A DNA stretch of 64,000 bases from the NCBI GenBank assembly GCA_041485695.1, contig JBGPJZ010000001.1:44697-108696 (forward strand), written 5' to 3'. This document shows positions 1 to 9,928 of the stretch, piece by piece. Numbering within the stretch: the stretch's first letter is position 1; every line of letters begins with the position of its first letter. Under the pieces are notes generated by a model. The model was given only the letters and a program-made list of their open reading frames with translations, did no database searches and was not told the DNA's origin. Source of the stretch: Minisyncoccia bacterium. GTDB lineage: Bacteria; Patescibacteriota; Minisyncoccia; Phycocordibacterales; Phycocordibacteraceae. The position numbers and the translations under genes are program-made.

Positions 1-105
1 CGATGCCCTTGCGGGTCATCGTTATGGGCCCCTCGTATACCTTTTGGTCGCTCATTTTTTATCACTCTAGCAATATCGGAGCCATTCTGCTATAGTGGCG
101 CCCAC

Positions 106-579
106 ATGTTGATGATTCGATTCCAGCGGATTGGCCGGACCAATGACCCGGCATTTCGCATTGTCGTACTCGAAAAAGCTCGCGCCGCGAAGACTGGCCG
201 CATCACCGAACAGCTCGGCACCTACAACCCGCGCACCAAGGCAGTGACCCTCAATGAGGCCAAGGTGAAAGAGTGGATTAGTAAGGGTGCCCAGCCCTCG
301 CCGACGATGCACAACTTCTTGATTACGAAGGGTGTGATTGAAGGTAAAAAAATAAACGTTCTCCCGCGCAAGCATCCGATTAAGGTTGAGGCGCCAGCAG
401 CTCCGGCCGCGCCTGTCGCAGCCGCACCAGCAGCCGAAGCAGTTCCGGCAGTCGAGGCAGCTCCAGTAGTTGAAGAGGTAACACCCGCACCTGAAGAGGC
501 TCCTGCAGTGGCCGAAGAAGCTCCAATAGCCGTTGAGGAGACGCCAGCTGAAGTTGTAGCAGAAGCGCCGGCTGCGTAA
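106..579 (+). CDS. rpsP: 30S ribosomal protein S16 with Ala/Pro/Glu-rich C-terminal extension
   Basis: MLMIRFQRIGR..FRIVV..EQLGTYNP..WISKGAQPS is the S16 signature; low-complexity tail after about residue 95. Confidence 0.97.
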   Translation: MLMIRFQRIGRTNDPAFRIVVLEKARAAKTGRITEQLGTYNPRTKAVTLNEAKVKEWISKGAQPSPTMHNFLITKGVIEGKKINVLPRKHPIKVEAPAAPAAPVAAAPAAEAVPAVEAAPVVEEVTPAPEEAPAVAEEAPIAVEETPAEVVAEAPAA

Positions 580-583
580 CGCC

Positions 584-889
584 ATGGAGGCTGACTACGT
601 CTTTTTAGAATTTGTCGTCAAAGCGCTCGTTGATAAACCGGAGGCGGTACAAGTCGTGCGTACGGTAGACGAGATGGGCGTGTTGCTGACCCTCACCGTT
701 CACCCAGAGGACATGGGCAAGATTATCGGCAAGAGTGGCAAGACCGCCGAATCCCTTCGGGTACTCTTGCGCGTTGTCGGCATGAAGCACAACGCACGCG
801 TGAATTTGAAAATTAACGAGCCGGTCGGCGGCAAGCGCGACCAAGAGAAAAAGACCGTCGACCAAGTCGTCGACGAACTCGGACAGTAA
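584..889 (+). CDS. khpA: KH-domain RNA-binding protein (KhpA/YlqC family)
   Basis: LVDKPEAV..DMGKIIGKSGKTA (GxxG); canonical position after rpsP. Confidence 0.92.
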   Translation: MEADYVFLEFVVKALVDKPEAVQVVRTVDEMGVLLTLTVHPEDMGKIIGKSGKTAESLRVLLRVVGMKHNARVNLKINEPVGGKRDQEKKTVDQVVDELGQ

Positions 890-900
890 TTACGCGCTTC

Positions 901-978
901 GAAGAAAGCGCCTGCGAAAAAGTCCTCGGATCTCCTCGCCTTCGGCTCGGCCAGACTATTTTCTCGGCATCTTTCTTC
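901..978 (+). repeat. ~78-bp folded intergenic repeat, copy 1
   Basis: Ends GAAGAAAG...CTTTCTTC are inverted; near-identical to 36111-36186 and to the reverse complement of 45538-45615. Confidence 0.93.
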
Positions 979-988
979 TTTGCTTGCT

Positions 989-1633
989 ATGAAATTCACT
1001 CTCGTAACACTTTTTCAAGAAGCCTGCGACGCATATTTGAGCGCGTCGATTTTGGGGCGGGCACGTAAAGATAAAAAGATAAGCGTTTCGTACGCGAATC
1101 CGCGCGATTTTGTAGAAAATAAATGGGGCAAGGTAGACGAGCGCCCGTATGGCGGCGGGCCGGGGATGGTGATGCAGGCGTTGCCTGTTATAAAGGCGGC
1201 TCAAAAAGCGTTGAAGGGCAAAAAGAAGCCGGTCATAGTTTGGTTTTCTCCAAGCGCGAAACAATTCACGAACAAAGACGCCGACGCGCTCGTAAAGTAC
1301 AACAATATCGTGTTCGTGTGCGGGCGCTACGAGGGAATCGATGAACGCGCATTAAAAATCCTAAAAACCCTCGCACCGGTCAAATCGTTTGCCGTCGGCG
1401 AAGCCGTGCTTACGGGCGGCGAAGTGCCTGCGATGGCCATCGTTGACGCGGTGACGCGCCGCTTGCCGGGCGTCCTCGGCAAAGACGCTTCAGTAGAGGA
1501 GCGCCGTATCGCCGCCTCACAGGTCTACACCCGCCCGGAAGTCATCAAATGGAAAGGGAAGAGCTACAAAGTCCCCGCCGTCCTCCAAACCGGCCACCAC
1601 GCCAACATAGACGCCTGGCGAAAGGGCAGATAA
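989..1633 (+). CDS. trmD: tRNA (guanine-N1)-methyltransferase
   Basis: VDERPYGGGPGMVM, CGRYEGIDER, VLTGGE, YTRP; ATG at 989 preferred over TTG at 980. Confidence 0.97.
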   Translation: MKFTLVTLFQEACDAYLSASILGRARKDKKISVSYANPRDFVENKWGKVDERPYGGGPGMVMQALPVIKAAQKALKGKKKPVIVWFSPSAKQFTNKDADALVKYNNIVFVCGRYEGIDERALKILKTLAPVKSFAVGEAVLTGGEVPAMAIVDAVTRRLPGVLGKDASVEERRIAASQVYTRPEVIKWKGKSYKVPAVLQTGHHANIDAWRKGR

Positions 1634-1656
1634 AAAAGCGCCCTTACGGGCGCTTT
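1632..1656. terminator. Intrinsic terminator between convergent genes
   Basis: AAAAAAGCGCCC-TTAC-GGGCGCTTT. Confidence 0.7.
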
Positions 1657-2672
1657 GCAGGGTCTGATTTCTCAACGTTGACCGAAAGAGCTTTGGCGCA
1701 CTTTTCTTTGATTTCGTCAGAAATCTGCAGGTGTTCGTCGGTAGCATATTGCTGGAGCTCCCGTATTTGCTGCTGCAAGAGGGCGATTCTCGAAACCGCT
1801 TCCCACAGTAGCCGAGCGACCTTTCTCCCTTCTCGCGTTTTACTCCGGGCGAACTTCCGCGTCTTTTCCTGCTCTTCTCGTTCTGCGATTTCTTGCTCTC
1901 TTTGCTCTCTTTTTGCTTTTCGCTCTTTCGCAAGCCACTGACGCGCCTCCTCTTTTTGTCTTGCAGCCTCGGCACGTCGGGCAGCTTTCTCCTTTTGGAC
2001 ACCCCGTCGCTTTTCTTTGGATTGTTCTTGAAATGCAGCTAACTCAAGCTGCCTCTCTACTGAACAAAGCGAGCAGTACGTCTGGTCTTTTTCCGCAACC
2101 GACAAAACATAACCCCGTTGCCGCAGACGGCGAAGAAAGTCTCGTGCCATTGAAGTACTTGCGCCAAACCGTTTACTCACGTTCTTGATGAAGTCACGCT
2201 CCATGAAATCCCCTGACGGGTAGCACAGGCGGATACCTTCAAGGACGTTTACGAGGTTCGCGCTATTCTGCAAGAACTCTTTGCTGCGGAATTCGCGTTC
2301 GAAGACCTGACGAGCTGCGACGGGTGCCTTCATCGCCAGCTCAGGCCCGATATTTCTTTGAGGGGATTTGAGTGCGTTTGACAGTATTTGCGACAACCGT
2401 GCTGAATCTCGTGTAGCGCTCGGGTGTCGCAGGATGCAAAGAAAGCGGCGCTTCAACAGCTCATCTTGGAGAGCGAGTTCAACGCCTCCTCCTGAGACAA
2501 ATTTGCCTGTCAGCACGACACCTCCTCGGCAGAATTCTGCGCGCTCATCGTACTGGACATTGAGAGCCCAGTTCTGATCACCCCCTAGGGAGGCGAGACA
2601 TTCTTGAAGCCGAGCGAATGCGCCGAGCTTCAGTACTTTCGTACGGAGCGCCTCCTCAGCATAAATGTTCAT
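1644..2672 (-). CDS. Hypothetical protein with possible winged-helix segment and charged coiled coil
   Basis: Long ORF; ATG at 2672 follows GGGAGG, with TG-n-TATGCT upstream (2721-2726); the ORF-track start at 2843 would overlap the rpoB promoter. Confidence 0.65.
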   Translation of the reverse strand: MNIYAEEALRTKVLKLGAFARLQECLASLGGDQNWALNVQYDERAEFCRGGVVLTGKFVSGGGVELALQDELLKRRFLCILRHPSATRDSARLSQILSNALKSPQRNIGPELAMKAPVAARQVFEREFRSKEFLQNSANLVNVLEGIRLCYPSGDFMERDFIKNVSKRFGASTSMARDFLRRLRQRGYVLSVAEKDQTYCSLCSVERQLELAAFQEQSKEKRRGVQKEKAARRAEAARQKEEARQWLAKERKAKREQREQEIAEREEQEKTRKFARSKTREGRKVARLLWEAVSRIALLQQQIRELQQYATDEHLQISDEIKEKCAKALSVNVEKSDPAKRP

Positions 2673-2769
2673 TGGTCCCTCCCAGGGGTTGCGTTGGATG
2701 CGAAGTTGCAGTCCGAGGCGAGCATACCACCTCATACAGGCTTCATCCACACCCCCTATAAAATCGGGC

Positions 2770-2798
2770 TTGACGAGGAGGGCAGGGAGGTATATCTT
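2770..2798 (+). promoter_or_regulatory. sigma70 promoter of the rpoB operon
   Basis: TTGACG-17 nt-TATCTT. Confidence 0.6.
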
Positions 2799-2990
2799 AC
2801 GAGTACCAGAGGACGAGTGAGTTTTGAAAGATCTGGAGGGCACACATTTGAATAGAGGACCGTTCCGAAACGCGAGAGGCGTCTGTCGCCGTGCGTTTAT
2901 GTATCGTTTATTTTCCGACCCTCCTTCGCCTCAAAAAGGCTACGGACGGGCAAGCGTTCACGATTAACCGACCCCTAATCTCTACGCCGC

Positions 2991-5900
2991 ATGCAAAAAA
3001 AGCCGCTCCCCCAGAAGACCTTCGGCGCTTACCGGGCGCCGTCCGTGCCCTTGCCCGACCTTGTCGGGCACCAGCGCGAGTCGTTCGACTGGCTCCTTAA
3101 AGACGGGTTCAAGGAGCTTTTCAAGGAGTTCTCGCCTATCTCTGACTACTCGGGCAAAAAATTCGAGCTTAAGTTCGATGACTTTGAGCTTGGCGAGCCT
3201 GCCTATGACGAGGAGTTTGCGCGCGATAACATGCGCACCTACGAAGCGCCTTTGAAGGTGACGGTGAAGCTGCGCAACAAAACGTTCGGCACTGAAAAGT
3301 CGCAAGATATCTTCTTGGCCGACATGCCTATCATGACGCCGCACGGTTCGTTCATCGTCTCGGGCGTTGAGCGCGCCATCGTCCCCCAGCTTGCCCGCTC
3401 GTTTGGAGCCTTTTTTGTCTCCGAGCTTATCCGCGGCAAGCAGTTCTTCGGCGCCAAGATCATCCCGGCTCGCGGCGTATGGATTGAGATTGATTCTGAA
3501 GCTGACGGCGCGATTTTCGTGAAGATCGATCGCAAGCGCAAGTTCCCGGTGACGCACCTCCTGACCGTCTTTGGTGCAGGCTTGGGCGACAAGATCGCAC
3601 AGCTCTTTAAGGGTGATGAAACCGCGCTTGCGGCCCTTAAGGCGACGCTTGTGCACGATACGGCGAAGAGTGTCGAGGAAGCCTACATCGAGATTCACCG
3701 CCGTATGCGCGATGGCGACCTCGCAACCCCGGAGAACGCGAAAAACTTCGTGCAGGCTCTCTTCGGTGCTGACCGCTATGACCTCTCCAAGGTCGGTCGC
3801 CATCGCTTGAACGCACGTTTCGGTCTCCCGACGACCGACAAACAGCTCGAGAAAAGGGCTCTCTCTTTGGCTGATTTCACCCGCATCGTCGCCGAGATTG
3901 CGCGTCTCAATAGCGACCCGAACGCTCGTCCTGATGATATCGACCACCTCGGCTTTCGCCGTGTGCGCTTCGTGGGCGAGCTCCTCCAGTCGCGTATGCG
4001 CGTCGGTATGTCGCGCATGAAGCGCAATATCCAAGACCGCATGTCGACGATTGAAAGCGAGACCACCTTGCCGATGTCCCTCATTAATCCGCGGCCGTTT
4101 TCAGCTGCGGTACGCGAGTTCTTTACGGCGAACCAGCTCTCGCAGTTCATGGACCAGCAAAATATCCTTGCGGAGCTTGAGAACATGCGGACCCTTTCTG
4201 CGCTCGGCCCCGGCGGCCTTACCCGTGAGCGCGCAGGCTTTGAAGTGCGCGACGTGCACTCCAGCCACTACGGACGTCTCTGCCCCATCCATACGCCTGA
4301 AGGGCAGAATATCGGACTCATCTTGCGTTTAGCGACGCACGCGACGACGAACGACTACGGTGTCATCGAGACGCCGTATGTCCGGGTCAAGAACGGTAAA
4401 GTGACCGGTGAAATCGTCACGATAAACGCGCTTGAAGAGGAGCAGGAAACGGTCGCCCACGGGGCGACCAAGGTTGACGCGAGCGGACACATTACCGAGG
4501 AGCTTGTCGAGGCACGCCGCAAGGGCGAACCTGTCATCGTAGAGCGCGATGAGGTGACGCTTATGGATGCCTCGACCTACCAGATGTTTTCCATAGCCAC
4601 GGCGATGATTCCCTTCGTCGACCACGATGATGCGAACCGGGCGCTGATGGGTTCGAACATGCAAAAGCAGGCGACACCGGTGCTTATCCCTGAGGCGCCC
4701 TTGGTCTCGACCGGTATCGAGGCGCATGCCGCTAAGAACACCGGCCGTCTTGTCCTCGCCGGCGAGGCGGGCGAGGTGAACTACGTCGATGCACGCAAGA
4801 TTTCTGTGACCAACAAGGAGGGGAAGAAGAAGGAATATCGTCTCCAGGGCCTCACCCAAACCAACCAAAACTCCGCCTTCTCCCAGCGGCCTTCAGTCTT
4901 CGTCGGGGACAAGGTGAAAAAGGGCGACGTTCTTGCGGACGCCTCGTCCTCGGCACACGGCCAGATGGCACTCGGGCAAAACGCACGCGTCGCCTTCATG
5001 AGCTGGAACGGCGCTAACTACGAAGACGCCATCATCATCTCCGAGCGTCTCGTCGAGGACGCTAAATTTACGACCGTACATATCGAAGACTTCGACTGCG
5101 TGGTGCGCGACACCAAACTCGGCCCCGAGGTCACGACGCACGACATCCCGAATGTCGGCGAACTCCGACTCAAGAATCTTGATGAAGAGGGCGTTATCCG
5201 CATCGGCGCAGAAGTGCGGCCGGGCGATATCCTGGTCGGGAAGGTGACGCCGAAGGGCGAGACCCAGCTCACGCCTGAAGAACGCCTTTTGCGCTCCATC
5301 TTCGGCGATAAGGCAAAGGATGTGAAAGACACCTCGCTCCGCATGGAAGGCGGTAAGCGCGGTCGCGTCATCGGCGTGCGCGTCTTTTCTCGCGAAAAGG
5401 GCGACCAGCTTGAGAGCGGCATCATCAAAAAGATCGTAGTGACGGTCGCACAAGTGCGTAACGTAAGCGTGGGCGACAAGCTCGCAGGGCGCCACGGTAA
5501 CAAAGGCGTCATCTCCCGCGTCCTCCCCGTCGAGGATATGCCCTACGACAAAGACGGCAACCCGGTCGACATCATTTTAACACCGCTTGGCGTACCTTCG
5601 CGTATGAATCTCGGGCAGATTCTCGAGATGCACTTGGGGCTTGCCGCGCATACCTTGAATTACCAAGCAGTGGTGCCGCCCTTTGCGGGCGCCTCTGCTG
5701 ATGAGATTCGAGACGAGCTTCAAGCGGCTGGTTTTGACCGCTCGGGCAAGATGACTCTCTATAACGGTCACACGGGTGAGGCCTTCGCCTCGCCGATAGC
5801 TGTCGGGTACATGTATATCTTAAAGCTTCACCACATGGTCGAAGACAAGATTCACATGCGCTCCATTGGCCCCTACTCCTTGATCACGCAGCAGCCGCTT

Positions 5901-6167
5901 GGCGGCAAGGCGCAAAACGGCGGCCAGCGTTTCGGCGAGATGGAAGTGTGGGCGCTCCTCGGCTACGGCGCGGCATATACCTTGCGCGAGATGCTCACGA
6001 TCAAGTCTGACGACATCACCGGCCGTTCGGCTGCCTTCGACGCAATCGTGAAAGGCGAACCGATCTCCCACACTGGTACCCCGGCCTCGTTCTCGGTCTT
6101 GACGAACCAGATTCGCGGCCTTGCGCTCGATGTTGAGCCGATGGATCTCCCGCCAGAAGCGGAGTGA
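2991..6167 (+). CDS. rpoB: RNA polymerase beta subunit
   Basis: LSQFMDQ, GDKLAGRHGNKGV, GQRFGEMEVWAL. Confidence 0.99.
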   Translation: MQKKPLPQKTFGAYRAPSVPLPDLVGHQRESFDWLLKDGFKELFKEFSPISDYSGKKFELKFDDFELGEPAYDEEFARDNMRTYEAPLKVTVKLRNKTFGTEKSQDIFLADMPIMTPHGSFIVSGVERAIVPQLARSFGAFFVSELIRGKQFFGAKIIPARGVWIEIDSEADGAIFVKIDRKRKFPVTHLLTVFGAGLGDKIAQLFKGDETALAALKATLVHDTAKSVEEAYIEIHRRMRDGDLATPENAKNFVQALFGADRYDLSKVGRHRLNARFGLPTTDKQLEKRALSLADFTRIVAEIARLNSDPNARPDDIDHLGFRRVRFVGELLQSRMRVGMSRMKRNIQDRMSTIESETTLPMSLINPRPFSAAVREFFTANQLSQFMDQQNILAELENMRTLSALGPGGLTRERAGFEVRDVHSSHYGRLCPIHTPEGQNIGLILRLATHATTNDYGVIETPYVRVKNGKVTGEIVTINALEEEQETVAHGATKVDASGHITEELVEARRKGEPVIVERDEVTLMDASTYQMFSIATAMIPFVDHDDANRALMGSNMQKQATPVLIPEAPLVSTGIEAHAAKNTGRLVLAGEAGEVNYVDARKISVTNKEGKKKEYRLQGLTQTNQNSAFSQRPSVFVGDKVKKGDVLADASSSAHGQMALGQNARVAFMSWNGANYEDAIIISERLVEDAKFTTVHIEDFDCVVRDTKLGPEVTTHDIPNVGELRLKNLDEEGVIRIGAEVRPGDILVGKVTPKGETQLTPEERLLRSIFGDKAKDVKDTSLRMEGGKRGRVIGVRVFSREKGDQLESGIIKKIVVTVAQVRNVSVGDKLAGRHGNKGVISRVLPVEDMPYDKDGNPVDIILTPLGVPSRMNLGQILEMHLGLAAHTLNYQAVVPPFAGASADEIRDELQAAGFDRSGKMTLYNGHTGEAFASPIAVGYMYILKLHHMVEDKIHMRSIGPYSLITQQPLGGKAQNGGQRFGEMEVWALLGYGAAYTLREMLTIKSDDITGRSAAFDAIVKGEPISHTGTPASFSVLTNQIRGLALDVEPMDLPPEAE

Positions 6168-6190
6168 TTTACTAATATTCTTTTACGATT

Positions 6191-9100
6191 ATGGCCTACT
6201 CACCCCGCAAATTGACCGGACAGCGCGATACCTGGAACGCGCTCCGCCTTGGCGTTGCCTCGCCCGAGCGCATCCTCGAATGGTCGCACGGCGAAATCAC
6301 GAAGCCCGAGACCATCAATTACCGTACGCAACGGAGCGAAAAGCACGGCCTCTTTGATGAAAAGATCTTCGGCCCGGAGAAGGACTACGAATGCTACTGC
6401 GGCAAGTACAAGGGTATCCGCTACAAAGGCATCGTTTGCGACAAGTGCGGTGTCGAGATCACCCGCTCCATCGTGCGCCGCGAGCGTATGGGCCATATCG
6501 AGCTCTGCAGCCCCGTTGCGCACATCTGGTTCTTGCGCTCAGTGCCTTCGCGCATGGCGCTTCTCCTTGGCGCCTCGGCTGCGGACATAGAGAAGGTCGT
6601 CTACTTCGCGGGCTATATCGTGACCAAGGTCAATGATGACGGCAAAAAGCGCCTCCTCTCCGAGCTTGAGAGCGAGTACAAGACGAAATATAAGTCTCAA
6701 AACGACGACAAAGAACGTGATGCTTTGAAAGAACGCATGACCGTCGCTAAGGCCGAGATTGAAGGTCTCGCGGTCGGCCGTGTCTTGGACGAGCTTGAAT
6801 ACCACCGCTTCTCGGTGAAGTACGGCGGCCTCTTCGAGGCGCGTATCGGTGCTGAAGCGATTTATGACATTTTCCGCTCTATCGACCTCAAAGAGCTCGA
6901 AAAAATGCTCCTTGCCAAGTATCAGAAGGCAGGTGCCGCAGAGCGAGAAAAACTCGCGAAGCGCCTCTCGCTTATCGCGGGAATGCTTTCAGCCGGCGTC
7001 CGCCCGGATTGGATGTTCCTCTCTCGTATCCCCGTCATTCCGCCGGCGCTTCGTCCGATGGTCGCCCTTGAGGGCGGCCGCCATGCGACCAGCGATGTCA
7101 ACGACCTCTATCGCCGTGTCATCAATCGCAATAATCGTTTGAAGAAACTCCTCGATATTCACGCGCCTGAGGTGATTCTTCGCAATGAGAAGCGCATCCT
7201 CCAGGAAGCGGTCGATGCCTTGCTCGACAACTCAATCCGTAAGGGTGGCGCTTCTGCGGGCGCACTGACGCCAGCGCAGCGCCGGCCTCTTAAGTCGCTC
7301 GCGGATTATTTGAAAGGGAAGCAGGGCTACTTCCGCCAGAACCTTCTCGGCAAGCGCGTCGACTATTCGGGCCGTTCGGTCATCGTCGTCGGCCCTGATT
7401 TGGAGCTCGATGAATGCGGTCTCCCTAAGCACATGGCGCTTGAACTCTTCCGACCCTTCGTTATCGCAGGGCTTCTTTCGCGCGAGCTTGCATTTAATAT
7501 TCGCGGCGCCGGCCGCCTTATTGAAGACGGCGTCCCCGAGGTATGGGAGATCCTTGAAGAGGCGATTAAGGGCAAATACGTCTTACTTAACCGCGCTCCG
7601 ACCCTCCACCGCCAGGGTATCCAGGCATTTCGCCCGCGGCTTATCGAGGGTGATGCTATCCAGCTCCACCCGCTTGTTTGCAACGCCTTCAATGCGGACT
7701 TCGACGGTGACCAGATGGCCGTCCACGTTCCCCTTTCAGAGGAGGCGCAGTGGGAGGCGGCGAATGTGATGAGTGCGAACAAGAACATCTTGAAGCCTGG
7801 CTCGGGCGATATGATCGTGCTCACCGGGAAGCCTCTGGACATCGTCCTTGGCGTGTACTGGCTTACGCGAGAAATGAAAAAGGCGAAGGGCGAAGGCGAG
7901 CACTTCACGTCACCGAACGCAGCCATCCTCGCCTATGAATACAATGGCGTTGATCTCCGCGCCCTGATTAATGTCATGCCGACGACCGACAAAGCGAAGT
8001 ACGCGCACTTCGACGGCAAGCCGTTCCAAACGACCGTCGGTAGGCTCCTCTTCAACACCGTCTTGCCTTCGGATTACCCGTTCATAAACGACACCATCAC
8101 GAAGAAGGTTCTCTCGCGTATCGTGAATGACTGCGCGACCCGCTATGGGCTCGATCGTGTCCCGTCAATCGTTAATAAAGTGAAGCGCTTCGGTTTCGAG
8201 TATGCGACCAAGTCAGGTGTTTCGTGGAGCCTCGACGACGTCTCGGTACCCAAAGGCAAGGGAAAGATCATCGATACGGCGCGCGAAAAGGTCTCGCATA
8301 TCGAGGGAGATTACCGAAACGGGCTCCTCTCTGCCGATGAGAAGCGCCGCATGGCCATCGAGATATGGCAGGGCGCCAAACAGGAGGTTGAAAAACTCGT
8401 TGCAGAGGAGCTCGACCCCTTGGGCTCGGTCGCCGATATGGTGACCTCGGGAGCGCGTGGCTCAATGGGCAACCTTACGCAAATGGCCGGTATGAAAGGC
8501 CTTATCCAGAACACGCAAGGCGAGACTATCGAAGTGCCCATCATCTCTTCGATGTCCGAAGGGCTTAACCCCGTTGAATACTTTATGAGTACGCACGGCG
8601 CGCGAAAAGGCCTCACCGACACCGCTCTTGGTACGGCAAAAGCGGGGTATCTCACGCGCCGTCTCTTCGACGTCGCACAAGACTCGATTATCACTGAAGA
8701 GGATTGCAAGACGAAGCGCGGCGTCGCTATCCGCCGCGTCTCGGCCTCGGGCATCGAGATCGATTACGCTGAAACCTTGACCGGCCGCGTGCTTTCTGAA
8801 GACGCAAAGGACGCGCTCGGCGAGACGATTTTCAAGAAGGGTCACTATATCTCTCCCGATGATGGCAAGAAAATCGCAGCGGGAAGCGTCGAATCAGTCG
8901 CCGTACGGAGCGCCATGGGTTGCGAGACCCGCTATGGCGTCTGCCAGAAATGCTACGGCATGGACCTGACGACAAGGAGGATGGTCGACCTCGGCGAGGC
9001 CGTCGGTACCGTCGCAGCGCAAGCCATCGGCGAACCGGGCACTCAGCTTACGATGCGCACCTTTCATGCGGGCGGCGTGGCTTCGATAGGCGGGGACATC

Positions 9101-9922
9101 ACGCAAGGCCTCCCTCGCGTTGAAGAATTGTTCGAGAAGCGCTCACCGAAGAACCCCGCGGTTATCTCGAAGACCGATGGCATCGTGAGCGAAATCAAGG
9201 AGCTCGGCCGCGAGAAAGTTCTCGTTGTCGTGCCGTCCTCGGGGCAAGGCAAGAAAGACGGCTCGGCGTTCGAGTACCTTGCTCCCTATCCGCGCATGCC
9301 TTTGGTGAAAGCAGGTGACGAGGTAAAAAAAGGGCAGATACTCACCGATGGTTCGTCTGACCTCGATGAGCTCTTCGAGTACGCCGGCCGCGCCATTGTG
9401 CAGGAATACATCATCGCCGAGACCTCGAAGATTTATGAGCTTCAGGGCGCATCCGTGTCTCGTAAGCACCTCGAGGTTATCGTGAAGCAGATGTTCTCAC
9501 GTGTGAAGATCACCGAGGCGGGCGACACCGAGTACTCGGTTGGCGATGTGATTGAAGACTGGGAGTTCGCTCAAGCGGTAATCGATGCCGAGAACGGAAA
9601 TAAGATGCCGCCCTCGGCAGCTGAAATTGTCTTTGGCATCAAGGAGTCCGCACTTTCTCGCCGCTCCTTCCTCTCCGCGGCCTCATTCGAGCAGACGACC
9701 AAAATCCTCATCAACGCAGCCCTCAAAGGGAGCGTGGACCGGCTCCGCGGCCTTAAAGAGAACGTCATCCTCGGGCGCCTCATCCCTGCGGGCACTGGTT
9801 TCAAGGGGAGCGCGAAGCACGCGGCAATCACCAAGCTCCAAGCGGAGCGGCCGGTGCCGGTCGCAAGCGAGCGTATGAGTTCGTATATAGGGAAGCCGTT
9901 TGCGGGCAAGGGCCGCTCTTAA
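6191..9922 (+). CDS. rpoC: RNA polymerase beta' subunit
   Basis: Catalytic NADFDGDQM; N-terminal zinc ribbon; GEPGTQLTMRTFH. Confidence 0.99.
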   Translation: MAYSPRKLTGQRDTWNALRLGVASPERILEWSHGEITKPETINYRTQRSEKHGLFDEKIFGPEKDYECYCGKYKGIRYKGIVCDKCGVEITRSIVRRERMGHIELCSPVAHIWFLRSVPSRMALLLGASAADIEKVVYFAGYIVTKVNDDGKKRLLSELESEYKTKYKSQNDDKERDALKERMTVAKAEIEGLAVGRVLDELEYHRFSVKYGGLFEARIGAEAIYDIFRSIDLKELEKMLLAKYQKAGAAEREKLAKRLSLIAGMLSAGVRPDWMFLSRIPVIPPALRPMVALEGGRHATSDVNDLYRRVINRNNRLKKLLDIHAPEVILRNEKRILQEAVDALLDNSIRKGGASAGALTPAQRRPLKSLADYLKGKQGYFRQNLLGKRVDYSGRSVIVVGPDLELDECGLPKHMALELFRPFVIAGLLSRELAFNIRGAGRLIEDGVPEVWEILEEAIKGKYVLLNRAPTLHRQGIQAFRPRLIEGDAIQLHPLVCNAFNADFDGDQMAVHVPLSEEAQWEAANVMSANKNILKPGSGDMIVLTGKPLDIVLGVYWLTREMKKAKGEGEHFTSPNAAILAYEYNGVDLRALINVMPTTDKAKYAHFDGKPFQTTVGRLLFNTVLPSDYPFINDTITKKVLSRIVNDCATRYGLDRVPSIVNKVKRFGFEYATKSGVSWSLDDVSVPKGKGKIIDTAREKVSHIEGDYRNGLLSADEKRRMAIEIWQGAKQEVEKLVAEELDPLGSVADMVTSGARGSMGNLTQMAGMKGLIQNTQGETIEVPIISSMSEGLNPVEYFMSTHGARKGLTDTALGTAKAGYLTRRLFDVAQDSIITEEDCKTKRGVAIRRVSASGIEIDYAETLTGRVLSEDAKDALGETIFKKGHYISPDDGKKIAAGSVESVAVRSAMGCETRYGVCQKCYGMDLTTRRMVDLGEAVGTVAAQAIGEPGTQLTMRTFHAGGVASIGGDITQGLPRVEELFEKRSPKNPAVISKTDGIVSEIKELGREKVLVVVPSSGQGKKDGSAFEYLAPYPRMPLVKAGDEVKKGQILTDGSSDLDELFEYAGRAIVQEYIIAETSKIYELQGASVSRKHLEVIVKQMFSRVKITEAGDTEYSVGDVIEDWEFAQAVIDAENGNKMPPSAAEIVFGIKESALSRRSFLSAASFEQTTKILINAALKGSVDRLRGLKENVILGRLIPAGTGFKGSAKHAAITKLQAERPVPVASERMSSYIGKPFAGKGRS

Positions 9923-9928
9923 GCCATC

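Noticed and set aside
1-60. Hairpin CGATGCCC-TTGC-GGGTCATCG and T-run at the window start
   Set aside because: Truncated by the window edge; an RNA gene end cannot be told from a terminator
6165-6167. TGA recoding (genetic code 25)
   Set aside because: TGA terminates rpoB, leuS, rplQ and others at the expected positions
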